Below, piece after piece: positions 10,862 to 18,462 of a DNA stretch of 23,779 bases. Location of the stretch: contig JAZJZK010000036.1 in assembly GCA_040389905.1 (NCBI GenBank), forward strand, positions 1 to 23,779. Direction: 5' to 3'. Numbering within the stretch: position 1 is the stretch's first letter; the number at the start of each line of letters is the position of its first letter. The position numbers and the translations under genes are program-made. Origin of the DNA: Gemmatimonadota bacterium. GTDB lineage: Bacteria > Gemmatimonadota > Gemmatimonadetes > Gemmatimonadales > Gemmatimonadaceae. The notes below the pieces were generated by a model. The model worked only from the letters and a program-made list of their open reading frames with translations, was not told the origin of the DNA and searched no databases.

Positions 10862-10960
10862 AACTCAAAGCTCGAGGCTCAAGCTCCGAGAAGCTCAAGG
10901 CTCGAGCTCTGAGATGCTCATTGCTCAAGGCTCCCGCTCACGCTCCCGCTCATAGCTCAC
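10862..10960 (+). repeat. Degenerate short tandem repeat built on GCTC units
   Basis: About 14 GCTC motifs at mostly 6-7 nt spacing. It includes a 23-nt tandem duplication (10868..10890 vs 10891..10913, 20/23 identical) and GCTCCCGCTCAC/GCTCCCGCTCAT. Confidence 0.85.
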
Positions 10961-11067
10961 GTTCCGGATGTTCTGTAAGCTGTAGCGGGCCAGGCAGGAT
11001 CTGTCAGAGCTGATTGCCACGCGAAACTCGACGCACTCGTGGGAGGTGTCCGCGGGTGAGTCGTGCG

Positions 11068-12534
11068 CTAACCCACCCGCCTCTCCGACCCCGCTGGCCC
11101 AATCCGCCCAACCTCCTGCCCTCCTCCTCCCCCGCCCGTCGGCCCCGATCGCTGCGAGAAGTTCTCGAAACGCGTGTAATTCTTGTGGAAGAACAGGTTC
11201 ACGAACCCAATCGGCCCGTTGCGCTGCTTGCCGATGATGATTTCCGCCTTTCCCTCGAGCGAATTGCCGTCCTTGTCCACCGGCCCGTCGTACACCTCGG
11301 GACGGTAGATGAACATGATGAGATCCGCGTCCTGCTCGATGGCGCCCGACTCGCGAAGATCCGACAACTGCGGTCGTTTGCTGTCTCCCGCGCGCTGCTC
11401 CGGCGCACGCGAGAGCTGCGACAGCGCGATCACCGGCACGGACAGTTCCTTCGCGAGGGCCTTGAGCCCCCGCGAGATCTGCGACACTTCCTGCTGGCGG
11501 CTCTCTGAGTTGGCCGGGCCCTGCATGAGCTGCAGGTAGTCCACGACGATCATGTCGAGCCCCTGATCGGCCTTGAGACGCCGAGCCTTCGAGCGCATCT
11601 CGAGCAGCGTGATACCTGCCGTGTCGTCGATCCAGATCGGGGCGTGGGTGAGGATGCCAGCTGCGCGCGCGAGGCGCGGGAAGTCGTCATCGCGCAGCAT
11701 GCCCTTCCGCAATTTCTGCGCATCGATTCGCGCTTCGGACGTCAGCATGCGTTGCACGAGCGATTCCTTGCTCATTTCGAGAGAGAAGAACGCCACCTTG
11801 CGCTCCTTCTCGATGGCGGCGTACTGCGCCATGTTGAGCACGAAGGCGGTCTTTCCCATCGACGGACGCGCGGCGATGATGATGAGGTCCGACGGCTGGA
11901 AACCAGACGTCATGTCGTCGAGGTCAGCGAACCCGCTCGGCACACCGGTGATGCTTTCGCCGCCGGCATGAATGGCCTCGATGCGTTCCATCGTCGGCCA
12001 GAGCAACTCCTTGATGCGCGAAAAGCCTTCGCTGGTGCGCTGCTGCGCCACTTGGAAGATCTTCTGCTCGGCCAGGTCCAGAAGTTCGTCCGCCGTGTGG
12101 CCGCCGGAGAACGCCTCGCCGACGATCTCCGTCGACACCTCGATGAGGCGCCGCAAGAGCGCCTTCTCCTTCACGATCTTCGCGTGGTACTCGACGTTCG
12201 CTGCGGTGGGAACGGCGTCGACGAGGAAGCCGATGTAGTCCTTGCCGCCAGCGCCTTCGAGTTCTCCCTTGCGCGACAATTCGTCGGCGAGTGTGAGCGG
12301 ATCGACGACACTGCCCCGCTCCGTGATCGTCATCATCGCACGAAACAGCCGGCGATGACGTTCCGCATAGAACATCGAATCGTCGACAACCTCGACCGCG
12401 CGCATCACCGCGTCCTGGTCGATCAACATCGCGGCCAGCACCGCCTGTTCGGCATCCTCCGAGTAGGGAGGACGCCGGTCCCGGTATGGATCACGCCCCT
12501 GGGGCGACTGTGCGATCGAGTATTCGTCGGGCAA
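11068..12534 (-). CDS. dnaB: Replicative DNA helicase
   Basis: Motifs AEQAVL, AARPSMGKT, FSLEM, VDYLQLM, LSQLSR and DLRESGAIEQDAD. TTG start inside udg; no intein. Confidence 0.97.
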   Translation of the reverse strand: MPDEYSIAQSPQGRDPYRDRRPPYSEDAEQAVLAAMLIDQDAVMRAVEVVDDSMFYAERHRRLFRAMMTITERGSVVDPLTLADELSRKGELEGAGGKDYIGFLVDAVPTAANVEYHAKIVKEKALLRRLIEVSTEIVGEAFSGGHTADELLDLAEQKIFQVAQQRTSEGFSRIKELLWPTMERIEAIHAGGESITGVPSGFADLDDMTSGFQPSDLIIIAARPSMGKTAFVLNMAQYAAIEKERKVAFFSLEMSKESLVQRMLTSEARIDAQKLRKGMLRDDDFPRLARAAGILTHAPIWIDDTAGITLLEMRSKARRLKADQGLDMIVVDYLQLMQGPANSESRQQEVSQISRGLKALAKELSVPVIALSQLSRAPEQRAGDSKRPQLSDLRESGAIEQDADLIMFIYRPEVYDGPVDKDGNSLEGKAEIIIGKQRNGPIGFVNLFFHKNYTRFENFSQRSGPTGGGGGGQEVGRIGPAGSERRVG

Positions 12535-13405
12535 GCTGGACGTCTTCCCAGGTGGGGCGTTTCCACGCCGGATTCCGAAGAAGCGCGGCCGGATGGTATG
12601 TCACGACGAGTGGCACGCCGTGATAGCGATGCTCCTGCGCGCGCAGCTTGCCGATCGTGATCTTGGTTTCGAGCAGTGTTTGGGCCGCAAACGTGCCCAA
12701 CGCGAGAATGACCTTCGGGCGAACCAACTCAATCTGGCGAATCAAGTACGGCGAGCAAGCGGCGACCTCGTCCGGCATCGGATTCCTGTTACCGGGAGGA
12801 CGATGCTTGAGAACGTTCGCAATAAACACGTCCTCACGCTTGAGGTTGATTGCCTCCAGGATTTTCGTGAGCAGCTGCCCTGCGCGTCCCACGAAGGGAT
12901 GACCCTGTTCGTCCTCGTCCGCGCCCGGCGCCTCGCCGACCACCATGAAATCCGCATTCGGATTGCCGTGCCCGGGCACGGGGTTCTTCGCCGTGGCGTA
13001 CAGCGGGCACCCGGTGCACTTGGCAACCACCGCGGCAATCGCCTCCAGCGACTCCAACCCGACGACAAATGCCTCGGTTGCACGCCCCTGCCCCCCGACG
13101 ACGAGACCATGGGGTGCTTCCGCCGGCGACGCAGCTCTCGAAACGGACACGGCCGGCGCTGAGGTAACCGGCGTTTCCGGAATAGCCGGAGTTCCGATCG
13201 ACGGGCGAGCCTCGGGCGCACCACCTGCCGCACGAACTGCGGCGCGCCAGTCCGTCGTCACCGGCTTATCGACGCGCGGAGCCGAACGGGCCGCACCGAG
13301 CAACTTCAGCGCGTCGTCAACGCTGAGGGAATCGAGCACCAACTCGGATTCCCCCATCTCGCGCCGCTGCTCCAGGTAACGCCGAAGCGCTTCCTTACCG
13401 TCCAT
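12491..13405 (-). CDS. Uracil-DNA glycosylase, family 4 (Fe-S type), with an N-terminal extension
   Basis: Motifs CTGCPL, VGEAPG, PFVGRAG, NVLKHRPPGNRNP, ACSPYL and YHPAALLR. Confidence 0.93.
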   Translation of the reverse strand: MDGKEALRRYLEQRREMGESELVLDSLSVDDALKLLGAARSAPRVDKPVTTDWRAAVRAAGGAPEARPSIGTPAIPETPVTSAPAVSVSRAASPAEAPHGLVVGGQGRATEAFVVGLESLEAIAAVVAKCTGCPLYATAKNPVPGHGNPNADFMVVGEAPGADEDEQGHPFVGRAGQLLTKILEAINLKREDVFIANVLKHRPPGNRNPMPDEVAACSPYLIRQIELVRPKVILALGTFAAQTLLETKITIGKLRAQEHRYHGVPLVVTYHPAALLRNPAWKRPTWEDVQLARRILDRTVAPGA

Positions 13406-14600
13406 TCAACATTTCCTCGATCCGATCGAGAAGAACCTCGGCGACGTCCCGCTTGTCCATCAACTCGAGTTCCTCCGGTTCGACGCGACCGCGCGAGACA
13501 AGTGTCACCCGATTGGTATCGACGCCAAAGCCGGCTCCCGGCTCATTTGCCGCATTGAGCACCACCATGTCGAGATCCTTTCCCTCGAGTTTCCGCTGCG
13601 CGTTCGCCAGAAGATCGTCTGTTTCGAGCGCAAAGCCAACCACAACCATGCCCTTCCGGCGCGCTGCGCGCGTGCCGAGGAGAATATCCGGCGTCTCCCG
13701 TAACTCGATGGTGCGGCCTACCCCAGTCTTCTTGAGCTTCCCCTCCGCGCGTGTTGCGGGCTGATAGTCGGCCGGCGCAGCGCTCATGACAAGGACATCC
13801 GACGCACCGATCCGATCGGCCACCGTGTCCCGCATCTCGGCAGTCGATTGGACAGGGACGTGCGCGACGCCCACAGGGGCGCTGACGCCCATGGGGCCAG
13901 CCACGAGCGTCACCTGAGCGCCACGTCTCCATGCCGCGGAGGCGATGGCCACTCCCATCTTTCCCGAGCTGTGGTTCGAGAGAAAGCGTACGGGGTCGAG
14001 TGCCTCGCGCGTAGGCCCGGCCGTCACCAGTACAGCCCGCCCGCGCAGCGACGGCGACTCCAGCACTCTTCCGACATGTGCAAAGATTGTCTCGGGCTCC
14101 GGCATGCGTCCCGGACCGCTGCCTTCTCCCGCCGCAAGCATGCCTTCCTCAGGCTCGAGAAGCAGATACCGGAGTGCGCGAAGATGTGCGGCATTGGCCT
14201 GCGTTTGCGCGTGGGCCCACATCCTGTCGTTCATGGCGGGAACCATGAGGACGGGGCACTGCGCGGCGAGAAGGCACGCGGTGAGCAAATCGTCCGCCTG
14301 CCCGGTAGCAGCGCGCGCCATCAGGTCTGCGGTGGCGGGCGCGATGACGATCGCGTCGGCCGCGCGAGCGAGCTTGATGTGGTCGAGCGTGCGGCCCGCA
14401 TCGAAGAGACCCGTGTGAACAGGTCGCCCGGTCAGTGCTTCGAAGGTGACAGCGCCGATGAACTCGGTCGCCGCGCGCGTCATCACGACGTCGACTTGAG
14501 CCCCGGCTTTCGTACACAACCGCGCCAGCCACGCACTCTTGTAGCTGGCGATTCCGCCGGACACGCCCAGGAGAATGCGGCGGCCTGCGTAGGGTCTCAT
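13395..14600 (-). CDS. coaBC: Bifunctional phosphopantothenoylcysteine decarboxylase/ligase
   Basis: Motifs GVSGGIASYK, APATAD, PAMN, TAGPTREALDPVRFLSNHSSGKMG and GFALET. Confidence 0.97.
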   Translation of the reverse strand: MRPYAGRRILLGVSGGIASYKSAWLARLCTKAGAQVDVVMTRAATEFIGAVTFEALTGRPVHTGLFDAGRTLDHIKLARAADAIVIAPATADLMARAATGQADDLLTACLLAAQCPVLMVPAMNDRMWAHAQTQANAAHLRALRYLLLEPEEGMLAAGEGSGPGRMPEPETIFAHVGRVLESPSLRGRAVLVTAGPTREALDPVRFLSNHSSGKMGVAIASAAWRRGAQVTLVAGPMGVSAPVGVAHVPVQSTAEMRDTVADRIGASDVLVMSAAPADYQPATRAEGKLKKTGVGRTIELRETPDILLGTRAARRKGMVVVGFALETDDLLANAQRKLEGKDLDMVVLNAANEPGAGFGVDTNRVTLVSRGRVEPEELELMDKRDVAEVLLDRIEEMLNGR

Positions 14601-14607
14601 TCGTCCA

Positions 14608-14645
14608 GGTGCAGGTCCTTCGCTTCGCTCAGGACGACAAACGAG
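14608..14645 (+). repeat. REP-like half element filling the rpoZ-coaBC spacer
   Basis: GGTGCAGGTCCTTCGCTTCGCTCAGGACGACAAACGAG with an internal GTCCT/AGGAC stem; homologous to 10808..10848 and 6555..6589. Confidence 0.8.
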
Positions 14646-14855
14646 TTATTCGGCCGAACGACGGCGAGGAATGACGCGGTAGTTGATGTCGCCGCGAGAC
14701 AGTTCTTCGAGCGAGCGCGTGGTCAACTTCTTGTCACGGGAGCCGGCGCCACCCGGGAACTCGTTCAGCGCGCGGGCATATTTCGCGGCCACGAGGACGC
14801 CGAGGTACTTGTTCGCGGCGTGCGCGGCGATTTCGATCGGTGTGAAAACTCGCAT
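14646..14855 (-). CDS. rpoZ: RNA polymerase omega subunit
   Basis: NKYLGVLVAAKYARALN motif, 69 aa, canonical gmk-rpoZ-coaBC context. Confidence 0.9.
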   Translation of the reverse strand: MRVFTPIEIAAHAANKYLGVLVAAKYARALNEFPGGAGSRDKKLTTRSLEELSRGDINYRVIPRRRSAE

Positions 14856-14865
14856 GACTCGTTGA

Positions 14866-15507
14866 TCAGGGTGTGGTGTTCTCGATTTCCTGCTCGAGCC
14901 GCTCGATGAGCTGCCCGACTTGCTGACGGAGGTTCTTGACCCGCTCGCGGCTCACGAACTCCGCGTCCACGATCGATCCGACACGCGCGACTGCCTGTTC
15001 GAGATCGTCGTTCACAACCACGTACTCGTACTCATCTACCTGCTGCAGCTCCTGAAGCGCGGACTGGAGTCGAGCCGCCAGTTGCGCGGTGCTCTCGGTC
15101 TTCCGCGCCCTCAGTCGATCGAGCAGTACTTCGGCAGACGGCGGCAGAATGAATATGGTCACGGACTGCGGAAAAGCACGAACGAATTGTGCGGCTCCCT
15201 GCACGTCGATGTCCATGACCACCTGCTTTCCGTCTGCCATGACACGCTCGACTTCACTACGGAGCGTGCCATACAGGTTGCCGTGGACGACTGCCGACTC
15301 GGCAAACGCCCCGCGCTCCCGCTCGGCAATGAACTCCGCGCGGGTCATGAAATAATAGTCGCGCCCGTCAATTTCGCCGGGCCGCGGCGTGCGCGTCGTG
15401 CAGGAGACGGAGTAGCCGAGATCTGCCCGCCTGGCAAGCAACGCCTTGGCGATGGTCGTTTTTCCACCGCCACTCGGCGCGCTGAGGATCACGGGAAAAC
15501 CGCTCAT
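14866..15507 (-). CDS. gmk: Guanylate kinase
   Basis: Motifs SAPSGGGKTT, SCTTRTPRPGEIDGRDYYF, HGNLYGT and DIDVQGA. Confidence 0.97.
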   Translation of the reverse strand: MSGFPVILSAPSGGGKTTIAKALLARRADLGYSVSCTTRTPRPGEIDGRDYYFMTRAEFIAERERGAFAESAVVHGNLYGTLRSEVERVMADGKQVVMDIDVQGAAQFVRAFPQSVTIFILPPSAEVLLDRLRARKTESTAQLAARLQSALQELQQVDEYEYVVVNDDLEQAVARVGSIVDAEFVSRERVKNLRQQVGQLIERLEQEIENTTP

Positions 15508-16391
15508 TCGAGGTTTTCCACCTGTTCGCGGATGCGTTCGAGCTCTTCTTTCACCAAGAGAACGTCGGCAATAATGCTGCTGTCATTGCCCTTGCTGCCC
15601 GTCGTGTTCGCTTCGCGGAGCATCTCCTGAAGCAGGAAGCCGAGCCGCTTGCCAACGCCGTCTGGCTGGGCCGACGCCAGAGCCCCACGGAACGCGGCGA
15701 TGTGCGCGCGAAAACGCGACAGTTCCTCCTGGACATCCAGCCGGTCCGCGAGAAACGCGATTTCCTGCGCTAGCCGGTTTTCATCGATGACCAGACCGTC
15801 GGTCAGCTCCCTGACCGAATTCCGCAAGCGATCTCGTTGCTCGGTGATGCGCTCGGGCGCCCGCTCCGCAACGCGGAAGAGCGCCGCCTCGATGATGGAC
15901 AGACGCTCTTCGAGGTACGTGACCAGTCGAGCTCCTTCCGCGGCCCGCATCGTGAGCAACGCATCGACGGCCTGCTCGACGATGGCGACGAGTTGCGGCG
16001 CGGCATCGGCGGTGAGCTCTTCGCGCGCGCCGGCAATGAATACGTCTGGCAGCCGGAGAATTGTCGACACATCGAGTGTGCGGTTCAGCCCGTGCCGCTG
16101 CTCGAGCCCGCGCAGTTGTGCGACGTAGGCCGTGAACTTCTCCTCGTCGATGGGGAGCGCACCCAGTTCCGACTGGGCATCGCGCTCGAAGCGCGCAAAG
16201 AGGGTAACGTGGCCTCGCGTGACACCGCGCCGCATGGCCTCCCTGACATCTGCCTCCCAACGCGCGAGCACGCTTGGCAGCTTGATTGACGGGCTGAAGA
16301 AACGGTGGTTCACGGAGCGCACTTCGACGCTCACACGACCACCGCCAACCTCGCCTTCCGCGGCGCCAAACCCCGTCATGCTTCGTATCAT
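15504..16391 (-). CDS. yicC: YicC/YloC family endoribonuclease
   Basis: Motifs MIRSMTGFG, RSVNHRF, DVQEELSR, GKRLGFLLQEMLREANTTGSK and REQVENLE. Confidence 0.95.
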   Translation of the reverse strand: MIRSMTGFGAAEGEVGGGRVSVEVRSVNHRFFSPSIKLPSVLARWEADVREAMRRGVTRGHVTLFARFERDAQSELGALPIDEEKFTAYVAQLRGLEQRHGLNRTLDVSTILRLPDVFIAGAREELTADAAPQLVAIVEQAVDALLTMRAAEGARLVTYLEERLSIIEAALFRVAERAPERITEQRDRLRNSVRELTDGLVIDENRLAQEIAFLADRLDVQEELSRFRAHIAAFRGALASAQPDGVGKRLGFLLQEMLREANTTGSKGNDSSIIADVLLVKEELERIREQVENLE

Positions 16392-16403
16392 ATCGAGCCG
16401 CGT

Positions 16404-16432
16404 AAGTTACGCCGCTACAACAACATTGTCAA
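16404..16432 (-). promoter_or_regulatory. Sigma70 promoter of the yicC-gmk-rpoZ-coaBC cluster
   Basis: Minus strand TTGACA (16432..16427, overlapping the upstream TGA stop), 17-nt spacer, TAACTT (16409..16404), 12 nt before the ATG. Confidence 0.7.
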
Positions 16433-18462
16433 TTCCAGAAGTCCCAACGCACGCCGTAGAACTGCGTCTGGCGAGGCAAGTTGAGACCCGGTACCTGCGC
16501 ATAGTTCTCCTGAAGCAGGTTCCGGAACTGGTAGGAGACCACGGCGGTCTGGATACGGATCTCGAGCTTGAAGGCAATCGCACGATAACCCGGCGCGACA
16601 CGCACCGAGTCTCCTCCAATCGAAAATCGGCTGTCCGACCGGTATTCGTGCACCAGCGACGTGAGGATCCCGAAGTTTCCGTGCGGGAACTTGTCGAGCA
16701 GGCTTGTCTGGAGATACAGCTCACTGCGGGTCTGGTACTTCGGCCGATACAACCCGAGCGAATCGCTCCAGGCGACCGCCCAGGCGTCTGCGTGAATGCC
16801 ACGCCAGAGCCGGCCGCGCAGGGCCAGTGTGCGCGCTGTCACCTCACCTTCAGGCGTCACCGACGATGCGGGTGCGTAGGCATCGCTGAATTCCGCCGGC
16901 GCCAGCAGCGTCGTGGGTCCGCGCTTGATCATTCCCGCCGTCACCCACAAATCCCTCACGAGCACGCCCACTTCGGCGCGCTGATTGGTTCGCGCCGCGA
17001 GACGGTAGCGGGTCACCTCCGCGGTATCGCGTGACAGGATGGTGGTCGGTCCGTTGGAGACGAACGCACCCGTCTCATCGAAAACCACGCCACTTCGGGG
17101 CTCGACGAACAGCCGATCGAAGTCTCCCTGCCCCGTTCGCGACACGGACGCCAGCAGTGCGACACGCCGGAGAGGAGAGAGCGTCACGGTACCCTCGGTC
17201 CGCGACGGGTTCAAGTAACTTTGACCCTCAGCGAACAGCGACGCCGATAGCCGTGAATACTCGGCCGACGCGCGACCAGACATCACGTGCGACGTCCGGT
17301 GTCCCCCGACCCGCAGTCGCTCAGCCGCACTCATCTTGATGGCGCCGCGCTTCAACCCACCAGTCATTAGGTACTGGCTGACGTAGGAGTTGGTGTCGGA
17401 AGCGGCGCTCGATGTGTCCGTTCCCGCGGTCGGGGTGAAAGGCGACGCCGTCGTACTACGCGCCGCCAGCTTGTAGCTGTTCGCCGACGCGATCGCCTGA
17501 AACCAGCGACTGCTGTCAGGATCACCATTACCGATTCGCGCATAGGCTGTTTGGCGTTCCGTCTGGATGCTCGGAACGGTGTCCCGCGCATCGGTCTGCG
17601 TCCCCACCCATTGGGCGCGGTTGGCGTGGCTGCGCTCCACGAAGCCGTCCACGCTCCACGGACCGTGGGTGAGCCCAAGGCGGCCGGTCAGGTTCAGGAT
17701 GTCGGAACTTGGCAGGTTGTTGTTCGGCTGCGTCGTCGCCTGTTCGGCAGCGACCTGAAACGCCTCGCCATGCTCATAGCGCCGGCCGAAGAACGCGCGG
17801 TAGAGATTCGTTCCCTGATCGCCGGTCGAGATATCGGCCCGCGTATAGGGGATCAGACGGTCCACCCGCCACGTGCGTGCGTAGACGCGCACTTCGTCCG
17901 CGCCTCGCTCGACGCGCACTTCCTCGAGCGCATGAATGGGAAGCTCATTCACGGCTGCCACGCCGCGCGCCCGCCTATTCATCGGGTCGAGCTCGACACC
18001 GTCGAGATAGAGCCGGATGCGGCGGAAGTCTCCCGCCGATGCGACCACCGCCGGCGCCGCGAGGAAACCAGCCGTGTACTCGGTGAGCCCAGGAACGCGC
18101 GCCAGCAAGTCGCTGACCGTCAGCGCGCCCGTCGCGAACAACGCGGCACGATCATAGATCCGCTGTCCGCCAATCTCGAGGATTGGCGGCATTTCCGCGT
18201 GCGCGAGTGGCGGTCGAGCGGTATCCGGAACGACGGGTTCGGGAAGGGGAACAACTCCCTTGCTGATGGAGTCGTTCTTGGCCATCGAGTCGGCGCGCGC
18301 CGGCAGCTTCACCTTGATGGTGTCTGCCCCCGCAGGCGGCGGCGTGCGTTTCGTTGTGTCCGGTGGAACCGGCACCTGCGCGCCGGCGACCGCTGGTAAA
18401 ACGGCCCCGGCAATCGCGCCGAGGCCGAAGAGGAGAGCTCGACGTGCTCGGCTCAATGTCAC
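16429..18462 (-). CDS. Outer-membrane protein with a TonB-receptor plug-like N-terminus and a beta-barrel C-terminus
   Basis: Signal peptide (AGA-Q) and a Pro-rich linker. TVSDLLARVPGL...LYLDGVELDP...LEEVRVERG is plug-like; the C-terminus NLLQENY...YGVRWDFWN fits a barrel. GTG start overlaps the pepA stop (GTGA). Confidence 0.75.
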   Translation of the reverse strand: MTLSRARRALLFGLGAIAGAVLPAVAGAQVPVPPDTTKRTPPPAGADTIKVKLPARADSMAKNDSISKGVVPLPEPVVPDTARPPLAHAEMPPILEIGGQRIYDRAALFATGALTVSDLLARVPGLTEYTAGFLAAPAVVASAGDFRRIRLYLDGVELDPMNRRARGVAAVNELPIHALEEVRVERGADEVRVYARTWRVDRLIPYTRADISTGDQGTNLYRAFFGRRYEHGEAFQVAAEQATTQPNNNLPSSDILNLTGRLGLTHGPWSVDGFVERSHANRAQWVGTQTDARDTVPSIQTERQTAYARIGNGDPDSSRWFQAIASANSYKLAARSTTASPFTPTAGTDTSSAASDTNSYVSQYLMTGGLKRGAIKMSAAERLRVGGHRTSHVMSGRASAEYSRLSASLFAEGQSYLNPSRTEGTVTLSPLRRVALLASVSRTGQGDFDRLFVEPRSGVVFDETGAFVSNGPTTILSRDTAEVTRYRLAARTNQRAEVGVLVRDLWVTAGMIKRGPTTLLAPAEFSDAYAPASSVTPEGEVTARTLALRGRLWRGIHADAWAVAWSDSLGLYRPKYQTRSELYLQTSLLDKFPHGNFGILTSLVHEYRSDSRFSIGGDSVRVAPGYRAIAFKLEIRIQTAVVSYQFRNLLQENYAQVPGLNLPRQTQFYGVRWDFWN

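Noticed and set aside
10862..10960. CRISPR array
   Set aside because: The units are 6-7 or 23 nt and directly tandem, with no unique 30-40 nt spacers and no cas genes.
11068..12534. Intein in DnaB
   Set aside because: The length is normal (488 aa) and the helicase motifs are contiguous.
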